In this document: in pieces, positions 38,601 to 50,600 of the stretch
How the letters are laid out: each line of letters opens with the position of its first letter
Position numbering within the stretch: the first letter of the stretch is position 1
Assembly: GCA_002633005.1 (NCBI GenBank)
Contig: NMRA01000598.1
Location: forward strand, 192,996-256,995
From: Phoronis australis
Taxonomy: Eukaryota; Animalia; Phoronida
Length of the DNA stretch: 64,000 nucleotides
Direction: 5' to 3'
Made by a program: the position numbers and the translations under genes
The notes under the pieces: generated by a model
Seen by the model: only the letters and a program-made list of their open reading frames with translations
What the model was told of the DNA's origin: nothing
The model's database searches: none

Positions 38601-41600
38601 GCTGGAGGAGTTTGAAAATCCACGTCAGCCATGCTTTTGCCAGTAGAAACTGCCAATTTCCATAATGATCCTCTGAATGGTTTGGCAGATACAGAAGCAG
38701 AAAACAAAAACAGACAAAAAATAATTAAAATGGCCGCCACTAGTTGGTGCAGAATATGTTGTTGAATGCATCACAAAAAGGAAAGATGTCGTCGTCTTCA
38801 CTATAGAAATTGGTTTGCCCAATTACAACACAAAGCATCAAGGAATTGTGAAGATAGAGAGGCAAAAGTAAAATTACCACTGGGGAGCACAGTTGTACAG
38901 TGTACATGTAGTTGGATGGGCCTGAAACTGGCCATCATTAGTTGCCATCTCCATAGAAACACATCTGCTAAATTTCAGGAAGATCTTGCAAAGGGTAAGG
39001 AGATACAGCTGTGGACACAAAAAATTGCCTCTGGGAGAAGGGGAAGAGAGTAGTTGAACACATCTGAAAATCAACGTTAGCCTCAGTCTTCTCATCAGGA
39101 ACACATCTCCAAATTTTAGTCATGATCCTTGCATTTGGTGGATGGAGAGGGTGATGTCAAAAACGGACTCAAAAATTGTTAAAATGGCTAAAGTGTGGCA
39201 CAGAATAGGTCAAATCCACCCAAAAATGAAAGGTCTTGTTGTGTCCTTAATAAAAACCCATTTATTAAATTCCATAAAAATCTGTCAATGAGTTTCAAAG
39301 ATACAGAGGACAATAGAAATATAAATTGTCGGTTCCATCCAAATCTCACCATTATCTGTTGTCCAACTTCATATAAATACACTTGCCAAATTTAACAAAT
39401 AACCTGCACAAGGTTTGGGAGATACAGCAACAGATGCCAAACACTGCCACTATTAGGTGTCACTATAGTCCAAATGGTCTGAAAATCATGATCAGCCATC
39501 TTCTTAACAGTAGAAACATAAACTACAATTTTCATCTTCAGAGTGTGGATAGAGGAGTGGATACCAAAAACAGACTCGAAAACAGTAAAATTGGATATTA
39601 GGTGATGCAATATACCTCGAATTCATCCCAAAATGGGAGGATAACATTATTTCACTGACGGACGCCTATGTGTCAAATTTCATGAAAATCTGTTCAGGAC
39701 CTTTGAAGATACAGCTCAGCTAAACTTAAAAAAAAACTAAAATTGACTCTACGGGGTACACCAGTGGTCGAATCCGTCAATTTTATATAAATACACTTAT
39801 TAAATTTAAAGATTCTGCAGTGGGTTTAGGAAATACAACAATGGGCACAGAGAAAAACAAAACTGCTACAAGGACGAGCCACAGAAGCCAGTTTTCACAA
39901 TCATCCTTGGAGTGGTTTGGTGGGCACAAAATTGGTGCGTCCAAAATTGGTGGGCACAAAATTGGTGCGTCCAAAATTTGTCCTCATCCAGCTTCATAGG
40001 AACATATTTTCAGTTCAGTTTAGGAGATGCACAGACAGAGACTACAGCAATATGCACCCACATATAAAATACATGTATGTGGGTGCATAAAAATTCAAAG
40101 AAAGAGAGCACACAAACCTCCTAGTTCTTTGACATTCAGAATACAGTTTTCGAATCTCAGGGCTTTGATACTAAAACCTGAAAAGAAAACAGAAAATAAA
40201 TCATGAAAAATGTATAGGAAAAAGGGTCATATAGAGTGGTCCTGCATTTTGGAAACCAGTTTCTTCAACTGAATAATGAGCATCAAACTGGTTCTCAAAT
40301 TCTGGGAGCTCTGTGGTTTTTGCTAAATGTGGATGACGGTGATGAAAACAATTCATAAAACATGCGCGCACCCAGGGGGGCTCGGGGGGCTTGAATGAGC
40401 CCCCCATTTGGCGAAGTAGGTAAAAAAGGTCCGGCTCCGAGTGACAAAAAGTCCGAGATAACTGGATGAAAGACCACTAAATAAGCGCTGTTTTGTTAGC
40501 ATAAGGTCCACAATGTCAAGATTCGAGACCCCCCAAATTGAAGGCTGGGTGCGCGCATGTAAAATGTACTGAATCAATGCTGAATTCAATAGATTTTGTC
40601 AAGTATAGTCGTGATTGCTTCTCATTAAATTAATTTGATAAGATAAAGAACTTTTGGAGCTTTTCCAGAACAAGCATTTTTTGTTTTGTGCAGAATCCAA
40701 AAACCCAAACACCCAAACTTTACCCCAGTGTCCTCATCTTCCACCCTTGACAACCAAATTTGATCTTTGTATTAATATTTAATGCTGCAATGAACCGTAT
40801 TCTGACTTTCTTTGCAGCCTACAGGTGTCAGGGCTTGGAATGACCAAGACAAAAATAGGATAGTTTTCCAGGCAACGTACTACACCATTGCGTTCTGATC
40901 AATTCCTCGCTAGGAATTAACTGTGACAGCCATGCTCCTTTTGTGACTGAAACATACCCACAGGGACAAGCAACTTAATGGCCCTAGTCTGATGTAGTAC
41001 CGCCGAGTTCTTTTCAAACCTCAAGATAAGACTACTCCCAAACAAGCAATGCTCCTTTTTGAGATAGCTTTCCATTTCCAAATCAAGTCACGGGCAACAC
41101 ACACACACAAGTAGTTACTTTCAAATTGGCAGTTTCAGGGTTGGCCAACTGAGCTCCCACGCATTTTCTTGATTCACTGATGGTTTCGACATTCGTATTG
41201 ATAGGGGTAATCTGAGTGCAAATGCAGTAACCCAAGATAAGAACCTATAAGCCAAATTCCATCCTGAAAATCCATAAAAACTCCAAGATGCAAGGGCAAA
41301 CATAAAAAGCTAAAAAACCGCCAGAGGACACAGTGGTAGTTAGATTCATCTGAGAATCCCTTGTGTCTTCCTGTCCATGATAAACAAATGCCTGTAAAGT
41401 ATCCAGAACATCTATTGAGGTGCTTTGGAGAAACGGCAGCGGATGCAAGACCCACAAGATGATGGCATATGCAACCAAACACACACACAAAGTCGTAAAT
41501 ACAAACAGGCACAAGAAACCATCCAATCACCTGTGGTTGGCTCTATGCCTTCGACGCTCTCTCCACTCAGAAGTGCTAGAAGTGTGCTCTTCCCAGTGTT

Positions 41601-44600
41601 GGCCAGTCCTATACAAATGACTGAGAACTCATGTTTGGGTAAAGGGTCAGCCCTGCAGCACATCTTTTTGCAGAAGAGCTGAAAATGAAACAAATGGAGT
41701 TGTGCATTAGATGATGCATGAATGTGTATATTAGGGGAGTGCTCCATCGTTTCTTGTGAGAAAAGCAAGATCTCCCATGATCTTGCAAAACCAGTCACGT
41801 TATGAGCAGGTGTTAAAATATCCAGTTAATTAATGGTGGTTACCTATAGCTAGTACACTTGTCACAAATTGGACTCTCCTCAATAGTGGAGGTAGAAAAA
41901 CACATTGCCTGAATGACTTAGTTTCTAATCACTAAGCAACTTACATGTACATACAGCTGAGATCAGGACAGGCAACCGCGACCGTAGCCGTTACTCAGCT
42001 GATTTACTTTGAACTTAACATTAATATCTACCGTAATAACATGTTTTATTTTTCAACTGGTAGGCGAAAGATTGACAGCAAATGTCAACAGCCAAAGATG
42101 TCGCCAAAATATCCCTACACCATTTTAAGCTACTATAAAAATAGGATTAATTACAGAAATGACGGTGGTAAAAGAAAGTAAAAAAACGAATTCTGCTATT
42201 TGATATTAAACGTCGTAATGTTACTTAAAATGCATTGTTAAACTATGCGCAGTTTGTTGTGATATCAGCCACGGACTGGATCAACCGTAAAACTTTAAAT
42301 TGGCCTAAAGATGGTAAATCATGATTTTATTTCAACACAAAATACCGGTACTGATAATCTGTGGTACCGCACTGAGGGTGGCATTTACTGGCACGGTTGG
42401 ATACAACACAGCACCAAGGGGTATGCAAAAATTTGAAGATCGATAATATGAATCAGTTTTCAGCAAAGGCAATTGAGCCTCACCCTTCACCACGAACGGT
42501 CAAAGCAGGAAGTATGCATGGGCTTTTTGGGAACATTTTTCTGCTTTGTCTGCGAATTTGTTGCGAACTCGCTGGAGCAGGACATCGTGAATAGCATTAG
42601 AAGAAAGAATAATTGCTAATGGTTTGTTGAAACACTGTTTTGTGTAACTTTATTGAGTTTTGTGTTTGATATGGATGGCTTAAGCGAGGTTGTGGAATTC
42701 CTTGTCCCGAGTGTCATACCTTATTACCATATTATATAGTCATGGTTTATTGGAGGACGATCAGAAGCTGAGAATGCCTGTGGAACAAAGGTGTTGTTTT
42801 ATTTCACTGTTACGGATTGATGTATTTGAATGTACCATAGCCTACAGAGTTCAGTAGGCCAATTTACCATGGTCGATGGCGGGAGATTGGGTCTATTTGG
42901 TCATAAATTTGAATCATTCTTCCGTGAACTACAGACAGGAAAACATAGCTGTGTTGTACTTTTAGATTTGCGATTTTTTCACTTTTAACACACAAAGCAC
43001 TGGTTATTCCAGCCAGTGGCTCGGAACTTGATCAGGCCCGTAGCGGCCGCAGGGACTGTACATCACACACTCAAAGCTAAACCTCCAGTCATGAAAAGAC
43101 TATAACAAAGAGCCAAAAAAATATTACGCAGGTAATAATTTTGGTGAATTAGCCACGAAACTGAAAATCTACATACTTGTTGGGGGTCTTGAACTTAGGT
43201 TCGCCTTCCACAGAACCATCAGGGCAAAAGTTGCACACTAACAATGATTTAAATAATGTATTTAGGCAATTCCATTTGTAATGGACGTACAATCAGAGAA
43301 CATTTTGATCAATTGCCAAAAATTTGTGCATCCTATGAAAATGAATAATACCCCAAATGAAAGGTATCATTAATAGCTTTCAAATCGTGTATCAACTTTT
43401 CTCCTATCCTTTTATGAGACTGAGAAAATTGCCTTTAAAGGGGTGTGACGGACGTACACAGAGAATTTCAAATTTGAAAAAAAAAATTAACATTAATTTT
43501 CTGTGAGTTGCATTTAGTTACATTATTTTGTTTTATATGGTGATTTAGTTCAATGTTTGCATAGTGCAAAACACTAAATTTTTTGATGATATCCTCGAAG
43601 AAATTTTCATAGGATAGCTCGATGTGAGTTGAAAGTGTGTGCAGACAGACGTACGTGACAGACGTACACTCTGAATTTCTAGTAATAAATTGTTTTTTTG
43701 TGACTAGGATATCACTTCGGAATGATTCAAACTTTTACAGTATTTAAGCTATATTGGTCTTTTGCTACTAATTCAATGTTATTTAATAAAAATGTACAAA
43801 TTGATATTTTGCACAAAATCATCACTGGTAGGCCTATGCTGGGAATGTACTCTAGGATTTTAACTTTTCAATATATTTGATTAAAGATACAAAACACCAC
43901 TCTAAAACCCTGACTTCTCTTCGAATATAGTAAGCAATGTAGATAAGAATGAGAGTGATAACCATTTTGAATTTGACAGCTATTGGTTGCCAGGAAAACT
44001 GTTTTTAAGGGTTTTAAGTAGAGCACTAATTTGAAAACAATAAACAAATGTGACTGTTAAAATATAAAATGTGAAATAAAGTTTTAAAACATTACCAATC
44101 ATTGTAATAAAAATGCATTGTAATCAATCATTTTTAATTCTACTTAGAACCTGCCTTAAGGTTGCACAAAGTTATTCCCTGGTCTATGTCGTTCGTGCTT
44201 CTGATAAACACCCATGCCAAAGATAATGTTTTCAAAGTATTAGTAACAGGACTTCAGTATCTTCTGGTAACAAAGTGTGAAGCCTGGTTTAGTTGACAGT
44301 ATTGACTCGTGGCATTTATATTTTGATTCAAAAACCGGTGCTGTCTTCCTGGGTGAAAACAAGACATTTTAAATTCAATGCATTTAGAATTATGATTTGG
44401 GAATGTGCAGATCTAACTTATGAGATGCTGGTTTCTATTTAGTGATAAGTATGATTAGCTTTTCATCCAGGTCTTTAACTCATGCCTTCTTTTCAATTTT
44501 ACAGAGAGGAGTTTACTTAACTGATGTCACATCAGGGTTCACACAGGTACAAAAAAATTCTTGATCAACGATGGCATACTTTGAGATTCAGAGGATATTC

Positions 44601-47600
44601 CAGCAGATATTTATTCTTCTCGCAGTTGCATCTGTTCTTCCTATGATCTCCAACAATTTCTTCTTTCGTTTCTAAACATGGGTTTAATCTCTTTGAAGCT
44701 GAGCATAAAAAATTGGTCTTATTTCTTAAAAAGATTGCACAATCAAAAATATGTAAGATGAGACGGCGTAAACAATTGCTATGAAATCATTTCATACAAG
44801 CCACCGATACACTGAAAAACACAAAAAGAGTGACTATACTCAGTGAGGATGTGACAAAAATGCTCAATAAAGAAGTTGACAGGTTGCTACCGCTTAAAAA
44901 TGTCCAGTATTGGCTTTTTACCATAAAACATAGCATAGCAGGTCTGCAGAAATGACTCGTTGATTCCAGCGCAACAGTAACTTGATATATATAGTGAAAT
45001 ACCCATAATTGGCTTATTTATGGCAATAACTAGAATCACACATGAAAATCGAGCTAATTTTTAGGGTCAAGTGACCCCCAAAATATGGCAATTTAGGCAC
45101 AAAATTGAAACCTATAGGATAGTCAAACATGGATCTTGAAATTAGAGATACTGGGCTTTCAGACGAGACATGTTAGTATAGTCATAATTCTAATTATTTT
45201 GTATTGGGGTGGACCTTTTCACAGAATTGCCCATTTGTACCAGAAAATCTGAATAAAGATTCCCCTAACATGTGACCATATCATCTAAAATCAGTTATTG
45301 TTTCACGACAGCTTTCAGTCAGAGAACGCTGAATTAGCATGCACTCGCACGGCCTTGGTGCCCGGTCGATAACCTTTATTGCATCTAAAGCCAGTAATGC
45401 AGTTGTTTATTCATTGCTGGCATCTCAAAACATTCGCACTCACGAATACCCCAAAGGCATTACAAATTGTGTCTAATGAGACTTTGTTTCAGTTTTATAT
45501 AAGCACTGGTTAGGGTGAGAATAATTCATTTTGAAACAGAACGCAGAATAATAAATGTCGACATGGCAACTCGCAATCCTGCCTTAGACGAGAGCTCATC
45601 CAGTGAAGACTTCACAGGTGGATCGTTAGGTTTCACAGGCTATCAGTTCGAACCGATTAAGAAATACTAAAGAGAGGCACCGTGGACATGCACATGCAAC
45701 ATAACGTATGGACTGTTCCTGAGTAAGTTACCATTTGACAGAAAAATCACTCTTCACGAAATGCCGGCCACATACACGGAGATTTTTTCACAGCCTGCGA
45801 GCCACTTCCTAAGCATTTCGGGCTCTCCAGGAAGTCTAAATAGGGATTGATTACTTAGTATGTCCCATTAGTGTCGGATTATCCAACTGAAAAGTCAACA
45901 GTAAAGCAAAATTTTAACACAAGTTACACAAGAGCAACGCAGAGCGTTGAAATGTGCCCACATAGAAATTCGTCACAGAACATCAAAGAAACAAAGGAAA
46001 ACAGAAAAAAATGAAATTGCCACTAGGAGGCACCGTGGTCATTGGATCCACCTGCAAGTCGTCATTGTCGGTTGTTAGCTTCATATAAATACACTTACAA
46101 AATTTAATAAAGATACTGCAGTGGGTTTACAGGGCTCAACATTAACTTTTTAACACTTCGGGCAAGTAGTTGAAATTTTTACTTTCCCGAACAACGAATT
46201 CACTTGCCCCATTAGTACAATCCCAAATAGCACCGTGCATGTGCACACCTAGGAAATGTGTTACCGTAGGGCTGCCTGTGCTGAGCCTCCTCTTGTGTTG
46301 TGCACGCTATATACATGAGTTGCTATTTTTTAACGATTCATCTTACAGAACATTTATTTATAAGGTGTGTCAAAACACTAGAGAGACAAATTAGAAGAGT
46401 AACTATGGTATCTGAACCATTGTCACACGTTCACAGGCGCCGAAGTGAGCTAGGGCATGAACTCTAGACACTTCTGTGTATTCAGTGGCAGATCTACGAT
46501 TTCAGTAAGGGGGGGGTTAGGATTCGAGAGAATCCGAGGCGCATAGCGCCGAGGAGAAGGAAGGTCGTGAGAGGGTTTCCCTCCTCCCGTGTAAGATTTT
46601 TTGGGATTTTTAGTAGCTAATTTCGTTTTTCTGGCGATTTTTTTTCCAGTTTTTATTTTTGATCCTTTCCCGAGGGGGGGTTTAAACCCCCTGAACCCCC
46701 CCCCCTGTAGATCCGCCTCTGGATTCATTAGTTTATACGCCCTCATGCATTAAACTAGCCAGCCAGCTAGCTGTATGAAGACTGTTGTCAAAATACAGCT
46801 AGGTCCCACTGCGTGTATTTCTTCCGTAGTCAGCGAAATTGCACACAGCCAAGGTAGTTCTGCTCGTCACCGCGCCATGAAGCTTGTATCCACATGTAAA
46901 GCTAAAGACCGGACGGTGTGCATGCAAAATCTGGGAGTCAACCGACACTCACCTTGCCCGTTACAGCCGTTTAAGTGAAAAACAATGTAGTAAACTTCAT
47001 TTTCTTGCGTAACTCTCTGCCTTTTCTAACAATGAAAAGTATTTCAGTACGCTCGTGTCACACGCACGCGCCATTTCCTAAATTTTTGAGACATCTCTCA
47101 GGAGACAATGATAGCTTGGAAGCAACAAAATTTCTTCTGAAATTTGATTTTTCGGTACCAAAATTCTAAAAACTTTTAATGAGGTGAAGCCAGTTCTGAT
47201 AATTAAATTTGTTGTGACGTGTACGCAACCTCGTGAAAGAACAACAGTTGATTGAAGAATCGGCGAAAAAAGAAACTGGCAACGCAAAATTTCATAGCGC
47301 CGAAAGCAGTCGCTAAAGATCGCTCTACAACTTTAGCAGCAGAAGTAAATTAAAATCAAATTTTAACATATAATAATGCCACATATACTTTTATTTTCAA
47401 TAAATAATAACATTTTTGAAAAATACATAGACCGCGAAAAAGTCACCCTTCAGACTTCAGAGCGGCAATCCCTAAGACCGTATTCTCTTCTTTCGGGAAT
47501 CGCCACCGGGAGCCGGGAATTCATAAGAATGTCCTTTAGAATTCCCCTTGAATAAATACCAGGCCATTTAAACTGCTGTGTAGTGTAGAAAATATGTCGT

Positions 47601-50600
47601 CAATCATTCACTTTTTAGCTTTTGCGCTTATCTGTATGACTTACATCCGCTGACGAACGCGGTGCTTCCAGTTGTCATGGCCGGGTAAATGCCGGCAAAA
47701 ATCAAACGTCAACCCTTGTTCACTGTCTCGCAGGCCAGAAAACCTAATTTCCCATGACGGAACCCATCCCCGCACTCTTTTCGTTTCATATTATTGCTTT
47801 GATTCTTCCTGAACTCGTTTTTAGCAACTAAACCAATGCCGTCCAGGCCATGTTTAGACGTTTTGCCAGAGTGCAGACGATCAGTAGTATCACGTGACAA
47901 CTTATTCAGAAACTGCAGGGCACGTTCAGAGAATCGAAAGGATTTGACCGCGAGCGTCATCTGTGCAAGCTGCATCACACTCGTTCTATTTTCCTTTCGG
48001 TGCTCATTCGAAGACGAAAGTTTTTTCGACGGCTTTTAGGAGCTTGTGTCCGGGTTCGTTACTTTGGAGCAAATGTCGAGCAGACAATCTTAGTCGGATC
48101 TACTTGCCTATGCGGCTAGCTTTTTAACTTGCCCATCGGGCAAGTACTTTTCAAATTCCACTTGCCCGACGCAAAATCTACATGTACATGGGCAATCAGG
48201 CAACCGTTAGTGTTGAGCCCTGGTTTAGGAGATAGAACTATAGGCACACAACAAAACAAAACTACCACTAGTAGATGCCACAGTAGTAAGTCGCCATCAT
48301 CAAACGTCCTCTTCACACTGAGAATATATACGCCAATTTTCAAAACAATCCTTAAAATGATATGGTTGATACAGGGGTAGACACCAAAAACAAGATTTGA
48401 AAACAGAAAAAATGGCCACTAGGTGGCGCAAAATACCTCGATTCCATCCAAAAACAGCAAAATAGCATCATCTCACCAATAGATGACTATACTGAAAATT
48501 TTATGAAAATCTCTAGAGGACCTTTGAAAACACAGAGCTAAAGGTAAAAACTAAAATTGCCACTAGGGTGCACACCAGTAGTCAGATCTTTCAGAAAGTA
48601 GTCATCCTCCGTAGTCAAAATCATATAAATACACTTGGTAAAGATCCTGCAAACAGTTTAGGAGATACAGCCATGAGTGAAAAAACTAAACTGCCACTAG
48701 GAGGCACCCCAGTAGACGAAGTCGTCAGAAAATCATCGTCAGCCGTCCACTTTATAGCAAAAACATACATGCCAATTTTCACAACAGTCCTGAAAATGGT
48801 TTGGTTGATAGATGAGTGGACGCCAAAAAACAGACTTGAAAACATTAAAAATGACCACTAAACAAGATCGAATTCATCTGAAAACGGAGTGATAGCGTCA
48901 CCTCATTAACAGATGTCAGTATGCCAATTTTATGAACATACATTGAGGACCTTTGAAGATGCAGAGGTAAACGTAAAAAACAAAATTGTCACTAGGTGGT
49001 ACACCAGTAGTCAGATCTGTACATAAGTCATCGTCTTCAGTTGTTAACATCATTATTAAATTTCGTAAAGATCCTGTGAACGGTCACAGGCGAAAGAAAA
49101 CAAAACTGCCACTAGGAGGTGCCACAGTAGTCAAAGTCGTCGGAAAGTCATCGACGGACGTCAACTTCATAGTAGGAACATACATGCCAATTTCCACAGT
49201 CATCCTTTGAGCAGTTTGGCTGATAGAGGGGTGGACGAAAACAGTAAAAATGGCCACTAGGTGGCGAAACTACGTTGAATCCATCCAAAAATGAGAGGAT
49301 CGCGTCATCTCACCAATAGGTGCCTACATACCAAATTTCATTAAAATCCGTTAAGGTCATTTGAAGATACAGGTAAGCGTAAAAAACTAAAATTGCTACC
49401 AGGTGGCACACCGGTTGTCGGAGGTGTCCAAAATTTGGCTCATACCATCCCATCCACCGAAGGAACACATTTGCAAAATTTCATGAACATATGTCCAGTG
49501 GTTTTGGAGATAGAGTGGACGCCGGCCGGCCGGCCGGACAGACATGACGGCATAATGCATCCACATATAAATATGTGGGCGCATAAAAATGATATTAAAA
49601 CAAGATTTCAGTCAGGAGACAAGATGGACAGTCTCCCTCTGAGTAGTCTTGGTACAAAGATGTATACTAAATATACAGCTTTGCACCAATGTGGGTAAAA
49701 AAGAGACCAAGAGATGTTATGAAACAATAGTAGCTTCATTAAAAACTACACACTTACTAGTATTTGAGCAAATAAAATTATTTTTTGGTTTTGGAAAAAT
49801 TGGCAGTATACTGTTATTCTGCTGCTAAAGTTGTGGAGCAAGCTTCTGCGTCGGCTTTCGGTGTCATGAAATATTGCATCACCTATTGGCCAGTTTCTTT
49901 TTTCGCAGATTCTTCAATCAACTGTTGTTCTTTCACGAGGTTGCGTACACTTCACAACAAATTATCGAAACTGGTTTCACTTCATTATAAGTTTCTAGAA
50001 CTTAAATACCCAAAAAACAAATTTCAGAAGAAATTTTGCTGCTGCCAAGCTATCATCATCTCCCGAGAGAGGTCACAAAAATTTAGGAAATGAAGTGAGC
50101 GCGTGCCACGAGCGTATTGTTTTCAAAACGACGACATAACTTTTCTTTGTTAGAAAAGGCAGAGGATTATGCAAGAAAATGATGTCTATTAGATTCTTTT
50201 CCACTTAAATGGCTCTAACCCAGTGTTCTCCCCGACCACTTTTAACATGTCGCAGCGTCCTGTTTGGCCGAGCGCGCGTCCTGTTTAAATGTCCCGCGTC
50301 CTGTTTAAAAATCCAGCGTCCTGTTTAAAAATCCCGCGACCAGTTTAAAAATATAGGGACTACTTTGTAAAAAAGGCATCGTCGTCGTTAATAAGTTCTT
50401 CACTGGTTCAAATTATGCTTGACAGCAACTGGCCATAGCCCATTGAAACTGAATAAAGGCTAAGCCTAAGGAAGAACACTGCCTCTAACCACAGGCATCC
50501 TCAGCTTCTAATCGTCCGCAATACACTATATAATACAACAAGGTATGACACTCCGGACTAGAAATTCCACGGGTGCTTCACTTCAGCTGTCCATAACAAA

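Larger units (their letters stand above)
45927..49589 (-). mobile_element. HINE copy C, in ARL15 intron 1, split by a 2.1-kb insertion
   Basis: ACAAGAGCAACGCAGAGCGTTGAAATGTGCCCAC at ~45927 and CATAATGCATCCACATATAAATATGTGGGCGCATAAAAA at ~49551-49589. Core repeats resume at 48223. Confidence 0.8.

Noticed and set aside
41940-42000. Candidate ARL15 first exon ending ATGTACAT|GTAAGT
   Set aside because: The phase-0 frame needed for exon 2 has a stop and no ATG. The 52129-52191 exon fits both phase and homology.
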